The notes below the pieces were generated by a model. The model was not told where the DNA came from and searched no databases. It saw only the letters and a program-made list of their open reading frames with translations. A program made the position numbers and the translations under genes. Shown piece after piece: positions 12,764-24,100 of a DNA stretch of 64,000 bases. How positions within the stretch are numbered: the first letter of the stretch is position 1; every line of letters begins with the position of its first letter. Source of the stretch: Takakia lepidozioides (lineage: Eukaryota > Plantae > Bryophyta); NCBI GenBank assembly GCA_030704615.1, contig CM060733.1:51274001-51338000 (forward strand), read 5' to 3'.

Positions 12764-15700
12764 ATGGTAAGCTGCTCTATGTCCCCGCTTTGTCTCCACG
12801 AATGTTGTTGAAATTGAGAGCGAATTTTCAGATTACGTGGTGATGCAGTTTGGCACAAAGAGAAATGAAATGAAATGGTGCTTTATAACGTCCGCGGAAA
12901 GCTCATAGAGAGAGACTTTGACCTTTGGTTTGCTCATGAGGGGGTTGCAAAGATAGGCTAAGAACATGAACCCGTGGTGTCTGTAATCTTGATTGACTAA
13001 CTTCTATCTCTCTCTTCCACACATGCACACCTACCGCGATCATGGACGAGGACCAACATTGCTCACTGATACCTCTTAAGCAGGCTGAAGAGAATTATGC
13101 AAATCCTAAAACTGCCTTTTTCCACTCTTTGTTCAAGGTAATCTCACACCAGCGTGAGTCGCTCCTTGAGGACAACACATTGTATATTTGCGATGTGTCA
13201 GCTGCTTTTAGTACTCAAACAGCTTTGTTTACAATATATCACAGACGGTTGATTTATTTCAGGTGCACGCAAAAAAATTGAAAATATATGCTTGTCCAAC
13301 AATGCAGGTTGCCGCAGTAGTATTCTACATCTTATGCACTTTCGTCTCGTCCAGCTACATCATACACTTTGTGGTCACAGTGGTTTTGGTCGCCTTCGAC
13401 TTCTGGACGGTGAAGAATGTGAGTGGCAGGATCTTGGTGGGGCTCAGATGGTGGAATGAAAGCAATGAGCACGGTGAGAGTTCGTGGAGGTTCGAATCCC
13501 TCGATCCACAGGTGAGTTCTGTGGTTTGCATGGTAGTGAGTGTTGACAAGCTTCCTCTAATCAAAGATCTCTGCTATTGCAAGTTGACATTGGATCTCAT
13601 CAAGTAGATGAAAATTGTGATGGGTTTGGCTTCTGAAATGACTTTTGCATTGCTGCTGGGGCCATACCAAGACAACAGAGTATGAATTAACTTATGTGAA
13701 TGTAACCTCGTTTTGTGAAAGCAGTCAATGGAGCACCTCAACAAAAAGGACTCGGGGCTTTTCTGGTGGGCCCTATACATAAATGTATGTTGCAGGTTCT
13801 TTCTCAGATTTACTCTTTCGAAGTAGGAAGTGTGCTGTAAACAGTAGAACGTTTTGCCCTTTTTTAGTGATTCCACACTGAAATTTGTGTGCATTTGTAA
13901 TCTATCAGTCAAAGGTAGGTTTCTCCATGAGCACATAAAATCTGCTTAAGAGGGAGAGAAATGAAATGGAGCTTTATAACGTCCACGGAAAGCTCATAGA
14001 GCTTATGGGACAAAATGGAAGAAAACATGAGAGAGGAACAAATCCAGAAACCAAGAATAACAATTAATGTTCTAGCGATTGTCTAAGGGTGAAGGCCTCG
14101 TGCAGGTAGGCTGCCAAGCATTTTTTATCCTCATAGTGGAAGACATCAGTGAGAGTTTGGGTTCCACTGAATAAACAGTGGAATCTCCCACGGATCTCGT
14201 AGTATAGAGGGCAGTAGAAGAAGAAGTGTTCTTCAGTTTCAATTTCCTGGCTGCGCCCTATGCAAGCTGGACATAGGCAGTCCTCCCGTTGCAGGTTTTC
14301 CCATCTGCCAGTCTCTATCCGTAGGTTGTGGGAACCCACCCTGAACCGCCCCAATGCCCTCAGGAGGGAAGGAGATAAGGATGCTGAAAGGTAATTTGGT
14401 CTCAAGATTCTATCATCGCGGAGCACCAAGAATGTCTCTCGATAGAAGTGGAGCTTTGTCGTGAGATTGGGTAGCTTCCAAGTTCTCTTGACATGTAATT
14501 CCATAAGCTCTCTCCTAATGAGTCTGTTGCGGTCATGTCTGGATGTGATGTCCACCTCATCTGGATTCATTGGTAATAGGAAAGCAGTAGAGAGTCCGTT
14601 GCGTTGAAATAAACTGTCCACTCGAGCATACCAGGAGTTCCTGAAACCTGCAGCTTTGAGCCTCATAGATGTTGTGAGGGCCCTTGCCACGAGCGCCTTG
14701 GGTGGAAGGACCTGTAATCTATGGAGAAAGACTGTAAGCCGGAAGACGACCTCGGATTGCAATGGTACACATGCGAACTCTGCACCTAGGATCTGAGATG
14801 GAGTTGTGCTCCTGGCGGCAAGCATTGCTTGGAGAAAAGATGACTGTAATGGTTCCAGATTCTTTTCCCACCAGGAGACAGGGACACCAGGTGCCCAGAA
14901 CTCACAACCATAGATGGTAGCAGGGCTGACGACGGTGTCAAACAGCCACTTTTTGGTTGGGGGATGACGCAGATGTATGACGCAGACGCGGGGAGAGAAA
15001 GAGAATGGAAGGAACTTTATAATGTCCGCAGGATGCTCAAAGGGACCAACATCAATCTCTGTCGGGATAAGCTCCTTTTGTGCATCAGAAAGAGAAGTTC
15101 TCTTTTTATTATTTGTTGTCAAGCTCATGGTCATTGTTAGCAGGGTTGCCACACGTACAAGATCTTGGTGCCCCAGCTTTCATATTGTGGAGTGTCTACC
15201 CATCGGCGTTGATATGAATTACCTTGCATCTGATCAGGGATTCCACATAGGAGGATGTCAAAGGAGTGAGATGTGTCCATCACTGGTAAGGGTTTTAGAC
15301 TATGAGAACTTCTATAGGAGTACCTCATATCTCTGAGCTCCTTTTATGCTGTGATGTGAGTGGCAACGCCTTGCGGGTGTCACAGGCAGCTGTTTGGATT
15401 GTGCTGGGACTTGTGGCCCTCTTGAAACTTAACTTTGACTACCTATTGATAGTGGCTGTTGCCGTAACTCTGAACAGTGCCAACATTGCCGGTTACACAA
15501 AGTGCCGGAAAGGTATATGTCATTCTCATACGGCTCCTTCTGCATGCTTTGCAAATTTTAACTGCACTGGGGATGCTCAATCGCTTTCTCTTTCTCTACT
15601 CTTTTCCGAGATGTCATTCAACTTCAAAGGGATTTTGTGCACTGAGCTTCATGGGAAGGCTTTGCCACAGCTGGAATCAGTATGAAAACTGTTACAGAAT

Positions 15701-15917
15701 CCAGATGCTCTAATTTGTGGAAATGAGTACACGGATTGACTGCTGATCCCGTCGCATAATTACTTTCGTGAAAATTGCAGATGCCAAAAAGCAATTTCAG
15801 ACATTTGCTGTCCAAGCAGCTTCTTCGCACATGTTTCAGGCAGCCCTTAATGTGCAATCTCTCTACCCAAGGGTGGCCTGTATTTCCATTGCGATTTGGA
15901 AAGGGAGTCTGGTATAA
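12764..15917 (+). CDS. ECH: ECHIDNA / TVP23 (DUF846) trans-Golgi network membrane protein
   Basis: ENYANPKTAFFHSLFK (to 13137), VAAVVFYIL..DFWTVKNVSGRILVGLRWWNE..WRFESLD (13308-13511), LNKKDSGLFWWALY (about 13724-13783), AAVWIVLG..NIAGYTKCRK (about 15386-15511), DAKKQFQTFA (15781 onward). Start is either ATG|GTAAG at 12764 spliced to 13084, or ATG 13042. Confidence 0.92.
12860..12910 (-). mobile_element. LINE 3'-end fragment (about 50 bp) in GA context
   Basis: gaaatgaaatgaaatggtgctttataacgtccgcggaaagctcatagag matches 7705-7751 and 13958-14001. Confidence 0.8.
13952..15000 (-). mobile_element. 5'-truncated non-LTR retrotransposon (RTEX/Crack/CR1-group-like ORF2 C-terminus) in an ECH intron
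   Basis: Uninterrupted ORF (14064-about 14990) with LFDTVVSPATIYGCEFW (post-RT thumb region) and RFRVGSHNLRIETGRW..LCPAC..ETEEHFFFYCPLY (C-terminal CCHC). Short 3'UTR, (CATTT) tail, 10-bp TSD GGGAGAGAAA at 13952-13961 and 14991-15000. Confidence 0.9.
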
Positions 15918-17751
15918 CCTACAAAAGATAGGAGGGGTTAAAGCACTCTGAACTAGTATTGTCTTAATCTCTCTCTATATACTCATGAAGAACATGTGTA
16001 ACTAGAACAATAACATAAGAGAAGGGGTAGGTTAACCTGCAAAGGATCGAAGGGATTAAAATGACTATGAACTACTAGTCTTGAGCTCTCTCTTTTTGAA
16101 CTGGGGATAATTTTATGCTGCTGATCGTTGAACCTGTAGATGGTGTGCTTGAATTTTTGTTGAATTCATCACCCATGCATTGTTTCTTAATACCTGTCAC
16201 ATTGACTATTAACTTCATGATGGATGGTCAGGCAGCAGGCATTCCTTGAGAGCATGGAGGAGCATGCAGCATGCAGGAGGTAGTTCACGGGCCAGGGTGG
16301 TAAGTTAAAGCAATTGTCAACTGTCATCAACTTTGTGCAGGCTACTTTGCTGCCAGTTGCAGAGGTGTGCTGAGCTTGCTAGGCTTGAGAGGCAGTTTTA
16401 CACCATCAAGACATTCGACATGACTCAAGCCTCGTAATGTTGTTGCAACTCTTACTGGATACAAGTTGAAACTGTCCAATTGTTTCTAATTTGACAGTAC
16501 CCTTACAGCATGGGAAGGAAGGAATTCGGACAGGAAGGAAGAATGACAGTCTGCATTAAACGGTTACTGGAAAGTTTTGAGATAAATCCAAAGATTCATA
16601 ACCATATACATACAATTCAGTTTCATTCCTGAAGAGGTCTCCATATATCAGTGGTTGATCCCAGTAATGGCGCATCCACTGTCTGAAACCTGACAAAAAT
16701 AACTGGCAGCCAGTGTAGTTAGTTTTGAAAAACTAAGAAAATTTTCCAGGAAGAAGGTGGAACATGTGGTTTCCTGCTGCCATGACTCTGCTGCATGCTA
16801 GCATGCGGAATTCTATTCCAAGTCAACATCAAGTAACTGCAGGTTCAATTCAAACCACCGGTTTTTACAAAGTGGGGTTTGCGAGCGAGAAACCCGCTCT
16901 GTACTCGGTCCTGGCCAAGTAGACCCGCATGCCCATTTGCAGGGGTCATGCCCTCGTCCTTCTTGGGAGATTATAGTTTTAGGACAAATTGATACATGTC
17001 AATGTTTTCAAAAACATTAAGCCGGACAGCTTGCTCCATGTCCACTCTTTGTTAGTTTATTTTTATTTTTCAAATGATTGGGGTTGCATATATTTATCCA
17101 AGTATTTTCTTACACATATTTACTTAGTTTGTTCTAGTGTTATGCGGATAAAAAGATTTTTGCTTACCCTCCGACTCCGAGTAAGGGAAAATGAAATTAG
17201 AAGATTATTTATTGAAATCAAGGATATATTGTAAGGTTTTCTTTTTCTTTCTTTTTTGGTTTAGTATGCTCAACTCTGCTTTTTTTCTTAAGGTGGTCAT
17301 TTTGGGGGTAATAGTAGGGCTGATTATAAGAGTTATGTAGATCTAGGTCTGAAGAGGAAGAAGGGGCCTCCACATTTATCTTTTTCCTATTTTTCCCGCC
17401 AATAATAGATAAAGGGGACAGAGAAATGATTTATCCTTCAAGTTCAAACTTCATACAAGTAAGGATAAAGATAAATTAAAGTATTTATCAGTTTTTTTTT
17501 TTTTTGTTTTTTTAAGAGAAGAGGGCTTAGCCTCAGAGCTTTATCAGTTTGAGATGTAAAGATAAATGAAAAATGGTACATCATGTTTATCCACCAGATA
17601 AATCCGGTAAATGATTTACTGGCTAACAGTGGTTTGTTCCTTTTCTCTATGAACACACAAACGATTAAAAGAAAATTTGTTTGTTTTCGTTTTGTCGGAA
17701 ACCAAGAAAAATTTCCCGTTCTTTTATTGAATAGTTGGATATTCAATGTAA

Positions 17752-20460
17752 TCTCGTCTTAAAAATTGTGCATTTCTACAATCTTCAAATGATGGATAAG
17801 AGGTGTTTGTTTGCACAGTCTTTGGTATTACGTAAGCTACGCATTTTCTTTAGACCCGAATATCTCAACAAGAAGAAGATGGACTTAAGCCTTCCGCCCC
17901 ATACTCCACAATCTTTGGTGAGAGTGAGAACATTATTTCATACCAATGTGAGCATTTGCCAGAGGGAGTTGGAAATAAGCTAGCCAAAGAGATGGGCACA
18001 TGTTAATCCAAACTTATGTACTCAAATCCATATAATATAGCTTTTTACCAATGATTGTGTAGGTGTTGCTCCTACAACCTTGGAAGAATTAGGTCAATAT
18101 TATTCCTTAGATCACCCCATCATTAGACACTGTAGAAAATTTAACCATCTTCATCCAATAATATATCCTAGTACATTAATAGTCTATGTCCCCCAAGTAG
18201 TATTTCCTATGTTTGATTGGGTGCATGAGGAACTCCCATTTGAAAAGGATGTCAAGATCTACTTGATGTTTGTATATTCAAGCATGCAATTTCCCACAAG
18301 GAAATTGCATCTTTTTTTACCAATGACTTGGAATTCCTATTCAAGTTTTGGAATGATCACAAGGTATTTGAACATCTTCGAGATTCATGGCAAGGGTTGA
18401 GATTCCACATTATGTGGATTTTGTTACCACCCATGACATGTAGCTCAAGGTGAGGTTTGTAATTTCCTAGATGTAGGATGTGTATTTGATGATGTTTCCT
18501 TGTGAGTTTGTATATGGGGATGCATATGTTGTTTGGGAAGGTTGTTGTGATGGTATTGTATGCTGGGGTGAACTTTGCACTTGCATAGTTTGGGTTTGTA
18601 TGGTTCTAAGGCTGATGGGGAGGTGGTTCTTCGACTTGGGAGGCACTGGTACTTTCGATGTGTCTCTCTTGACCGTCTTCGAGGTGAAGGCCACTGCTGG
18701 AGACACTCATTTGGGAAGAGAGGATTTTGAACAGGATGGTGTCTCACTGAGAAACAACATCACCTGCACAGCCAAGAATAACTAGCAAAAAGTACCCCAA
18801 CTTAAAATATATACTAGGATTGGTCTCGTATCAAGTCGTAGACATCTTTTTAACAAGTTGTTTAAACCGATTAAAAGCCAAGTACTTTAACGTCATCCTC
18901 GATTGCCCCGTTCAACAAACACACCCCCAACTATCCACAATTTAATAATAAACGCTCCATACACCCCTCCATGCACAAAGTCAGTGCAAGCCTCTTGATT
19001 CATAAGACTCAATACGATAACTAGCGGTCACAAACCTTTAGTTTGAATAAGGTCTGATATATCAAAAATTAGAATTTACATCGATTTGTCTATATACAAC
19101 CAAGCCATTGTAGATTATATTTTTGTATCATTTGCAGTAAAATATGACACCTCAAATGCCCAAACACAAGATGTACTAAACTAGAACAAATTCACCTATA
19201 TATAACACTCATATTAGTCCGTTGGTAGTAAATGACAGCTGATATCATCATTTTAAATTGAAATCTAGAGTGTTCTTTAAATTGACCCCCTAACCTCAAA
19301 AGTTCAAAGCAATATATTAAAGGCACAATAGCTTATTTTGAGTCCATGTATTTCCATTTGCAGCAATGACAGTCCACAGTTGTCATGTTCAGAAGTCCAT
19401 TACTCTTGGACAGTTTATTTGATTGACAATTTGACGGCTGATATAGGTAGATATTGAAGTTAGGATTCCAACATGAAAAATATTTCTCAACATTATTGAT
19501 TATATTCAAAGCAATTCATGATATCATGCACGACAGTCACTGAAACTGTGTCGGTGACGTTCATTTTGGTCCACCTTACCCTGCATCTACCCTACAATAA
19601 CTAGTGGTCACAAACCTCGTCTTAAAAATTGTGCATTTCTACAATGATCGATAAGAGGTGTGTGTTTGGACAATCTTTGGTATTATGGAAGCTACGAATT
19701 TTCTTTAGACCCGAATATCTCAACAACAAGAATATGGACTTAGACCTTCCGGCCCATACTCCTCCACAATCTTTGGTGAGAGCGAGAGCATTCTTTCACA
19801 CCAATGTGAGCATTTGTTAGATGAAGTTGGTCTCGTATCAAGTCGTAGGCATATTTTTAATAAGTTGTTTAAGCCGATTAATAGCCAAGTACTTTAACGT
19901 CATCATCGATCGCCCTAGTACAGTAAACACACCCCCGACTATCCACAATTTAATAATAAACACTCCATGCACCCCTCCATGCACAATAGTCAGTGCAAGT
20001 CTCTCACACAAATATCAAGATTAATAAGACTTAATACAAAAACTAGTGGTTACAAACCTTGTCTTAAAAACTGTGCATTTCTACAGTGATTGATAAGAGG
20101 TGTGTGTTTACACAATCTTTGGTATTATGGAAGCTACGCATTTTCTTTAGACCCGAATACCTCAACAACAAGAATATGGACTTAGACCTTTTGCCCCATA
20201 CTCCACAATCTTTGGTGAGAGTGAGGGCATTCTTTCACACCAATGTGATTTTGCCAGAGGAAGTTGGAAACAAGCTAGCCAATGAGACGGGCACATGTTA
20301 ATCCAAACTTTATTTAAATCCATATAATATAGCTTTATACTATACCTTAGATATATTCTAGCTGAGAAATAAAATCAGGTCCTACACAACCAAGAAGAAC
20401 TAGCATGGTGAAGTACCCCAACATAAAATATATACTAGGATTGGTCTCATATCAAGTAGT
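17752..20460. repeat. Interrupted tandem array of an approximately 650-bp unit (about 3 copies)
   Basis: Shared blocks: cttaaaaattgtgcatttctaca...ccaatgtgagcatttg at 17758, 19621, 20063; tggtctcgtatcaagtcgtag...aactagcggtcacaaacct at 18821-19038 and 19828-20059; agtaccccaac..atatactaggattgg at 18791 and 20412. Inserts at about 18080-18775 and 19040-19595. Confidence 0.85.
18630..18748 (+). pseudogene. Fragment of an HSP70 ATPase domain
   Basis: [33 protein letters not shown] then, after a 2-nt deletion, NRMVSH. Canonical HSP70 reads [41 protein letters not shown]. Confidence 0.9.
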
Positions 20461-20754
20461 AGGATGTCAAAAACCCTTTAGTGCCGGTTGTAAACATGAT
20501 GGCCAGAGCCATCACCATTGAGTAGCCCATGTACAGAACTTGTGTCTGCATCATCTCTCTATACTTTGTATATCTTATGAACCTTAGGTATATGTTTGCA
20601 AAGCGTAATGGAAGCAGACCTACCACCATCAGCTCTCATCAAAGCGTTATTAACTTTTGGTCGAGAAATATAAGGTGAATCAAAGATGAAGTGTTATCTG
20701 CTGTAAGTTCACTCAGGCTGCTGCCAGTAAGTCTTTGCGTCCTTGCAACGACGC

Positions 20755-20965
20755 TACCGCGTGAGCGTGAGCATGCGCTCACGCTATGCTGACATGGCGC
20801 AAGCGTAGGGGACCAACAGCTGATGTGGCGTGAGCGTCAGCTCACACTGACGTGGCGTGAGCGTGAGGGTGACGTGGCATGAGCGTGCTGACATGGCAGT
20901 GAACAACATGATGTGGCAGTCCACATGTCCACGTGGGGTTTCGGCCAACGTGGCGGACACCATGT
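20755..20965. repeat. Cluster of TGAY(A/G)TGGC and GCGTGAG short repeats (probable transposon subterminal region; ABRE/G-box-like)
   Basis: tgacatggc 20790 and 20889, tgatgtggc 20821 and 20909, tgacgtggc 20848 and 20870, plus cacgtgg/aacgtggc and several gcgtgag copies. Confidence 0.7.
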
Positions 20966-21175
20966 CGATAGAAACATGTAGCGCCTATAGCCAAGGGACC
21001 TATTGCCATGGCATTTATTCAGGGTAAATAGAATACGAATACACCGGAAATGGGAAACCGGAAACATGTCGACGCATGCTTATCCATCCTATTTATTTTG
21101 CATTGATCACACTATTAAAATGGCACACATTCCTCAGTCGTGGAAAATGCATCAAGGATGAAAGTCAGCTTCTTC

Positions 21176-24100
21176 TTATGTGCTTCTATCCCGCTGCATA
21201 AGTGTATTCACCTCGTTGAAACTCATGGTGGCCTGGTAAATGAAGATGTCGCGTTTGGGATCACAAATCATTCTGTTCAGGAAGATAAAATAAAGATGCT
21301 TGCAGGGTACAAATTTGTCTCTCTTTCCCAAACTTGTTGATAGCATGTCAACAAAATCAGGACAGGTGCAGTTGGGGAAATTTGAAACTGTGATGTCGTA
21401 CAATCTGTCATGGATAGCAGATGTAGAGGTCATCATAGTGTAGATCCGACCATACCCAGGATCTGCAACTTCCGTATGTGCCTGCAACACGTCCTAAAAG
21501 CATTCGAGCGGATTCCACCTTGCCGAAGTGCTCGGCAGTTGGAGGGAAACGACGTACTACCTTCCCATTTCTTTTTGTTGGCCATGCATCTGGGTTCGCT
21601 GGTGGCACTCTAGAACTTCTTGAAGTGGAAGCACTTGCACGCACAGAGGCTTCTCGCTGAAGGGAGAACCCTGCCTCCTCCAACATTGCGATCTCATGAC
21701 TTGTGAGATGTGTCCCCACCTTGACAGGCCAAACGCTCGGTGGAGGAGGCTTCATGACCACTGATGGTCGCACGGTCCCACGCACACACCTACCACAGTC
21801 GTCAGCGCAGAACCAGATTTTGTGGTTTTTTGCCTCTAGTTGCCCGTAAGGCTGGAACAAACCGGTGAAGGTCGGTGCCGGAGTGTAGGCACTGCCTCTG
21901 GATATGAAGGACTTGCACTTCTCACGATTGGTGGCTCTGATTGCGGAGCACATCACTCGAGACCCAGCTCTGGTGTGTTCTATGTGCCACACTTCGTCGG
22001 AGCAGGTGGACTCCACCACAGGCGAGAGCACGCTGGACTCATTGACAGTGGGAGATGTTGACGTACTTTGTGAGAAACGTTGCTCCGCACTGGATATTCC
22101 ACAGTTGAACCTCTCATGCAATGGAACACGTGGAATGGAGAAGTTGTCCATGTCCGCCCTGTGCGAGTCTGCATCCAACCCAGGAAGGGTGTTCAATTTC
22201 CGTAAGAATCTCTCCTCGACCTCCAGATGGGGAACTCTGGACACCAGAGGAGTTCCCTCCGTACACATGCTGACAGCTCTGGCAATCTTGTTTGGATCCC
22301 CCGATCTTTTTGCAGCTCGCAACATCAACTCAGACTTGGCAGGGCCTTTGCCACCAACGCCACCCCTCAAGAAATCGCGATATCTCGTTTGTTGCTGCAG
22401 AGCTCGGATGAGATCATTTGCCGTCGCCAGATACAAATCCCGCCCCCGCTTTCCAGACTGCAACCATGCATTGTGCACTGTCTCCGCTAGATTGCAAGAG
22501 GGCATGTCCGCCATCTCCTCAATTGACAAGTGCTGCAGAAAGGGAAAACACACATCAGAACAAACAGGTACATCCCACGACAGCAGACATGATTGGAAAT
22601 GCATACAAAGCCAATGAGAATTCATAATCTGAAACTCAGATACCATTGTCATGCATGATCCCCATTATCTGTACCGGAAGTGCCAAAATGCTAGCCAGTC
22701 TTCCAGCGCTCTCATACTGTCTTCTGATACTGCCCTAGATGAGAACCACTAGGCACGAATTGACTGGAACAAAGTATTCGCCTCCGCCATGCTTTTGGCA
22801 TCTTTGTACTGTTTGCATAGCTTAAGATGAATTGGCCGCATGTCCGGTTTGATGTCTGCCTTGGTATGTTTCTCAAGGGACTGCGTCCAATGGAAAAGAT
22901 ATGTTCGCTCTCTTCCTGGCATTGGCACTTTTGGATCTTCTGAACCGAACACAATGCGAACAGCATTGAAATTTGCTTGAGCATTGTCGGCCAGTTATCA
23001 AATATAAGGAAACAGTTCTGCAGATCGTCATCCTTTTGCATGCGCTTGACAAGACTCACTCCGCTGTCCTCCCCGACTGTCGACATTTTGAAATTGTACA
23101 CTTTGTTGGATCCTTGACCTGGAAACACGCTGTCTTGAATGTAGTCGTACATGCTCTGAGACTTCAATTCCAAAATGTTATCAATATACCCTCTGTTTGC
23201 AGAGTCCATCCTCAATGCATTCACCTGGTTTCTAATGTTCGGTGAGCTCAAGGTTGAGAAGTGATCCATAACATTGTCCAAGGCACGCCCCTCCAGCTTC
23301 CTGCCCACAGAGTCCCCTACACTCAGAATATGGCTTTCCAGGAAACTCTTGCTTGCTCCAAGCATAATTGCGGAGGCGGTGGCTGTTGGATTGCTCTCGT
23401 ACTCTTGTCTTATCAACTTTGATATTGTTTGAACATTCTCCTTGCAATCCCCCTTCGCCACAAGATGGTTGTGGAATCCGAAATGTACACAGGCTCTAGT
23501 CATGTTTTTTAAACGGTGAACAACATAGTACTTACGTGCTGCACACACTGCCAGACAGGAAGGTGCTTGTTTGCAAAACTTGCAAACAAAAGTGTTGGAG
23601 CTTGGAGGTGCTTCACCGGGTTTGAATAGATTTTCGGCAACACCCTCCCACTCGCACTGGTTGTGAACCTTCAACCGCTGGAAATGCCTACAATTCAAAT
23701 TCTCGCACATCAGGTGCCCATTGCACAGGCTTCTCCGAAAGACGAGGTTGTCATGATTTTGAATATTGGATGTTTTCGTTCTACACCACGGGTGTCCATC
23801 TCCTCTCTTGTCCATTCCCTGCATGATGCTCGTGACGGGTCCATCCCGCCCAGGTGGAGGTAGCTCGAAGACGACATCCCCATCGTAAGCATCCGGCAAA
23901 AACTCCACACACTCAATAGGGACAGTCTCCCAGTCAATCCCCCGCAATTCACTCTGGAAACCGGGCATTCCTCCCATTGACTTCAGTTTAGGAATGACAC
24001 TGATGAGGTGTGCCACTTGCGGCTTCACACAAATTGGGATGCTGGGAACGTCCTCGGAGGAGGAGTCTGAGTGCTCAACTATTGGGGTGGAAGTAGTGGT

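Noticed and set aside
14991-15152. N-terminal extension of the 362-aa LINE ORF
   Set aside because: Lies outside the TSD; chance read-through from flanking intron sequence.
17752-20460. CRISPR-like repeat/spacer array
   Set aside because: Repeats are hundreds of bp and diverged, inserts are 500-700 bp, the context is eukaryotic and no cas-like ORFs are present.
21904-22617. 237-aa plus-strand ORF
   Set aside because: Antisense shadow of the transposase; no motif of its own.
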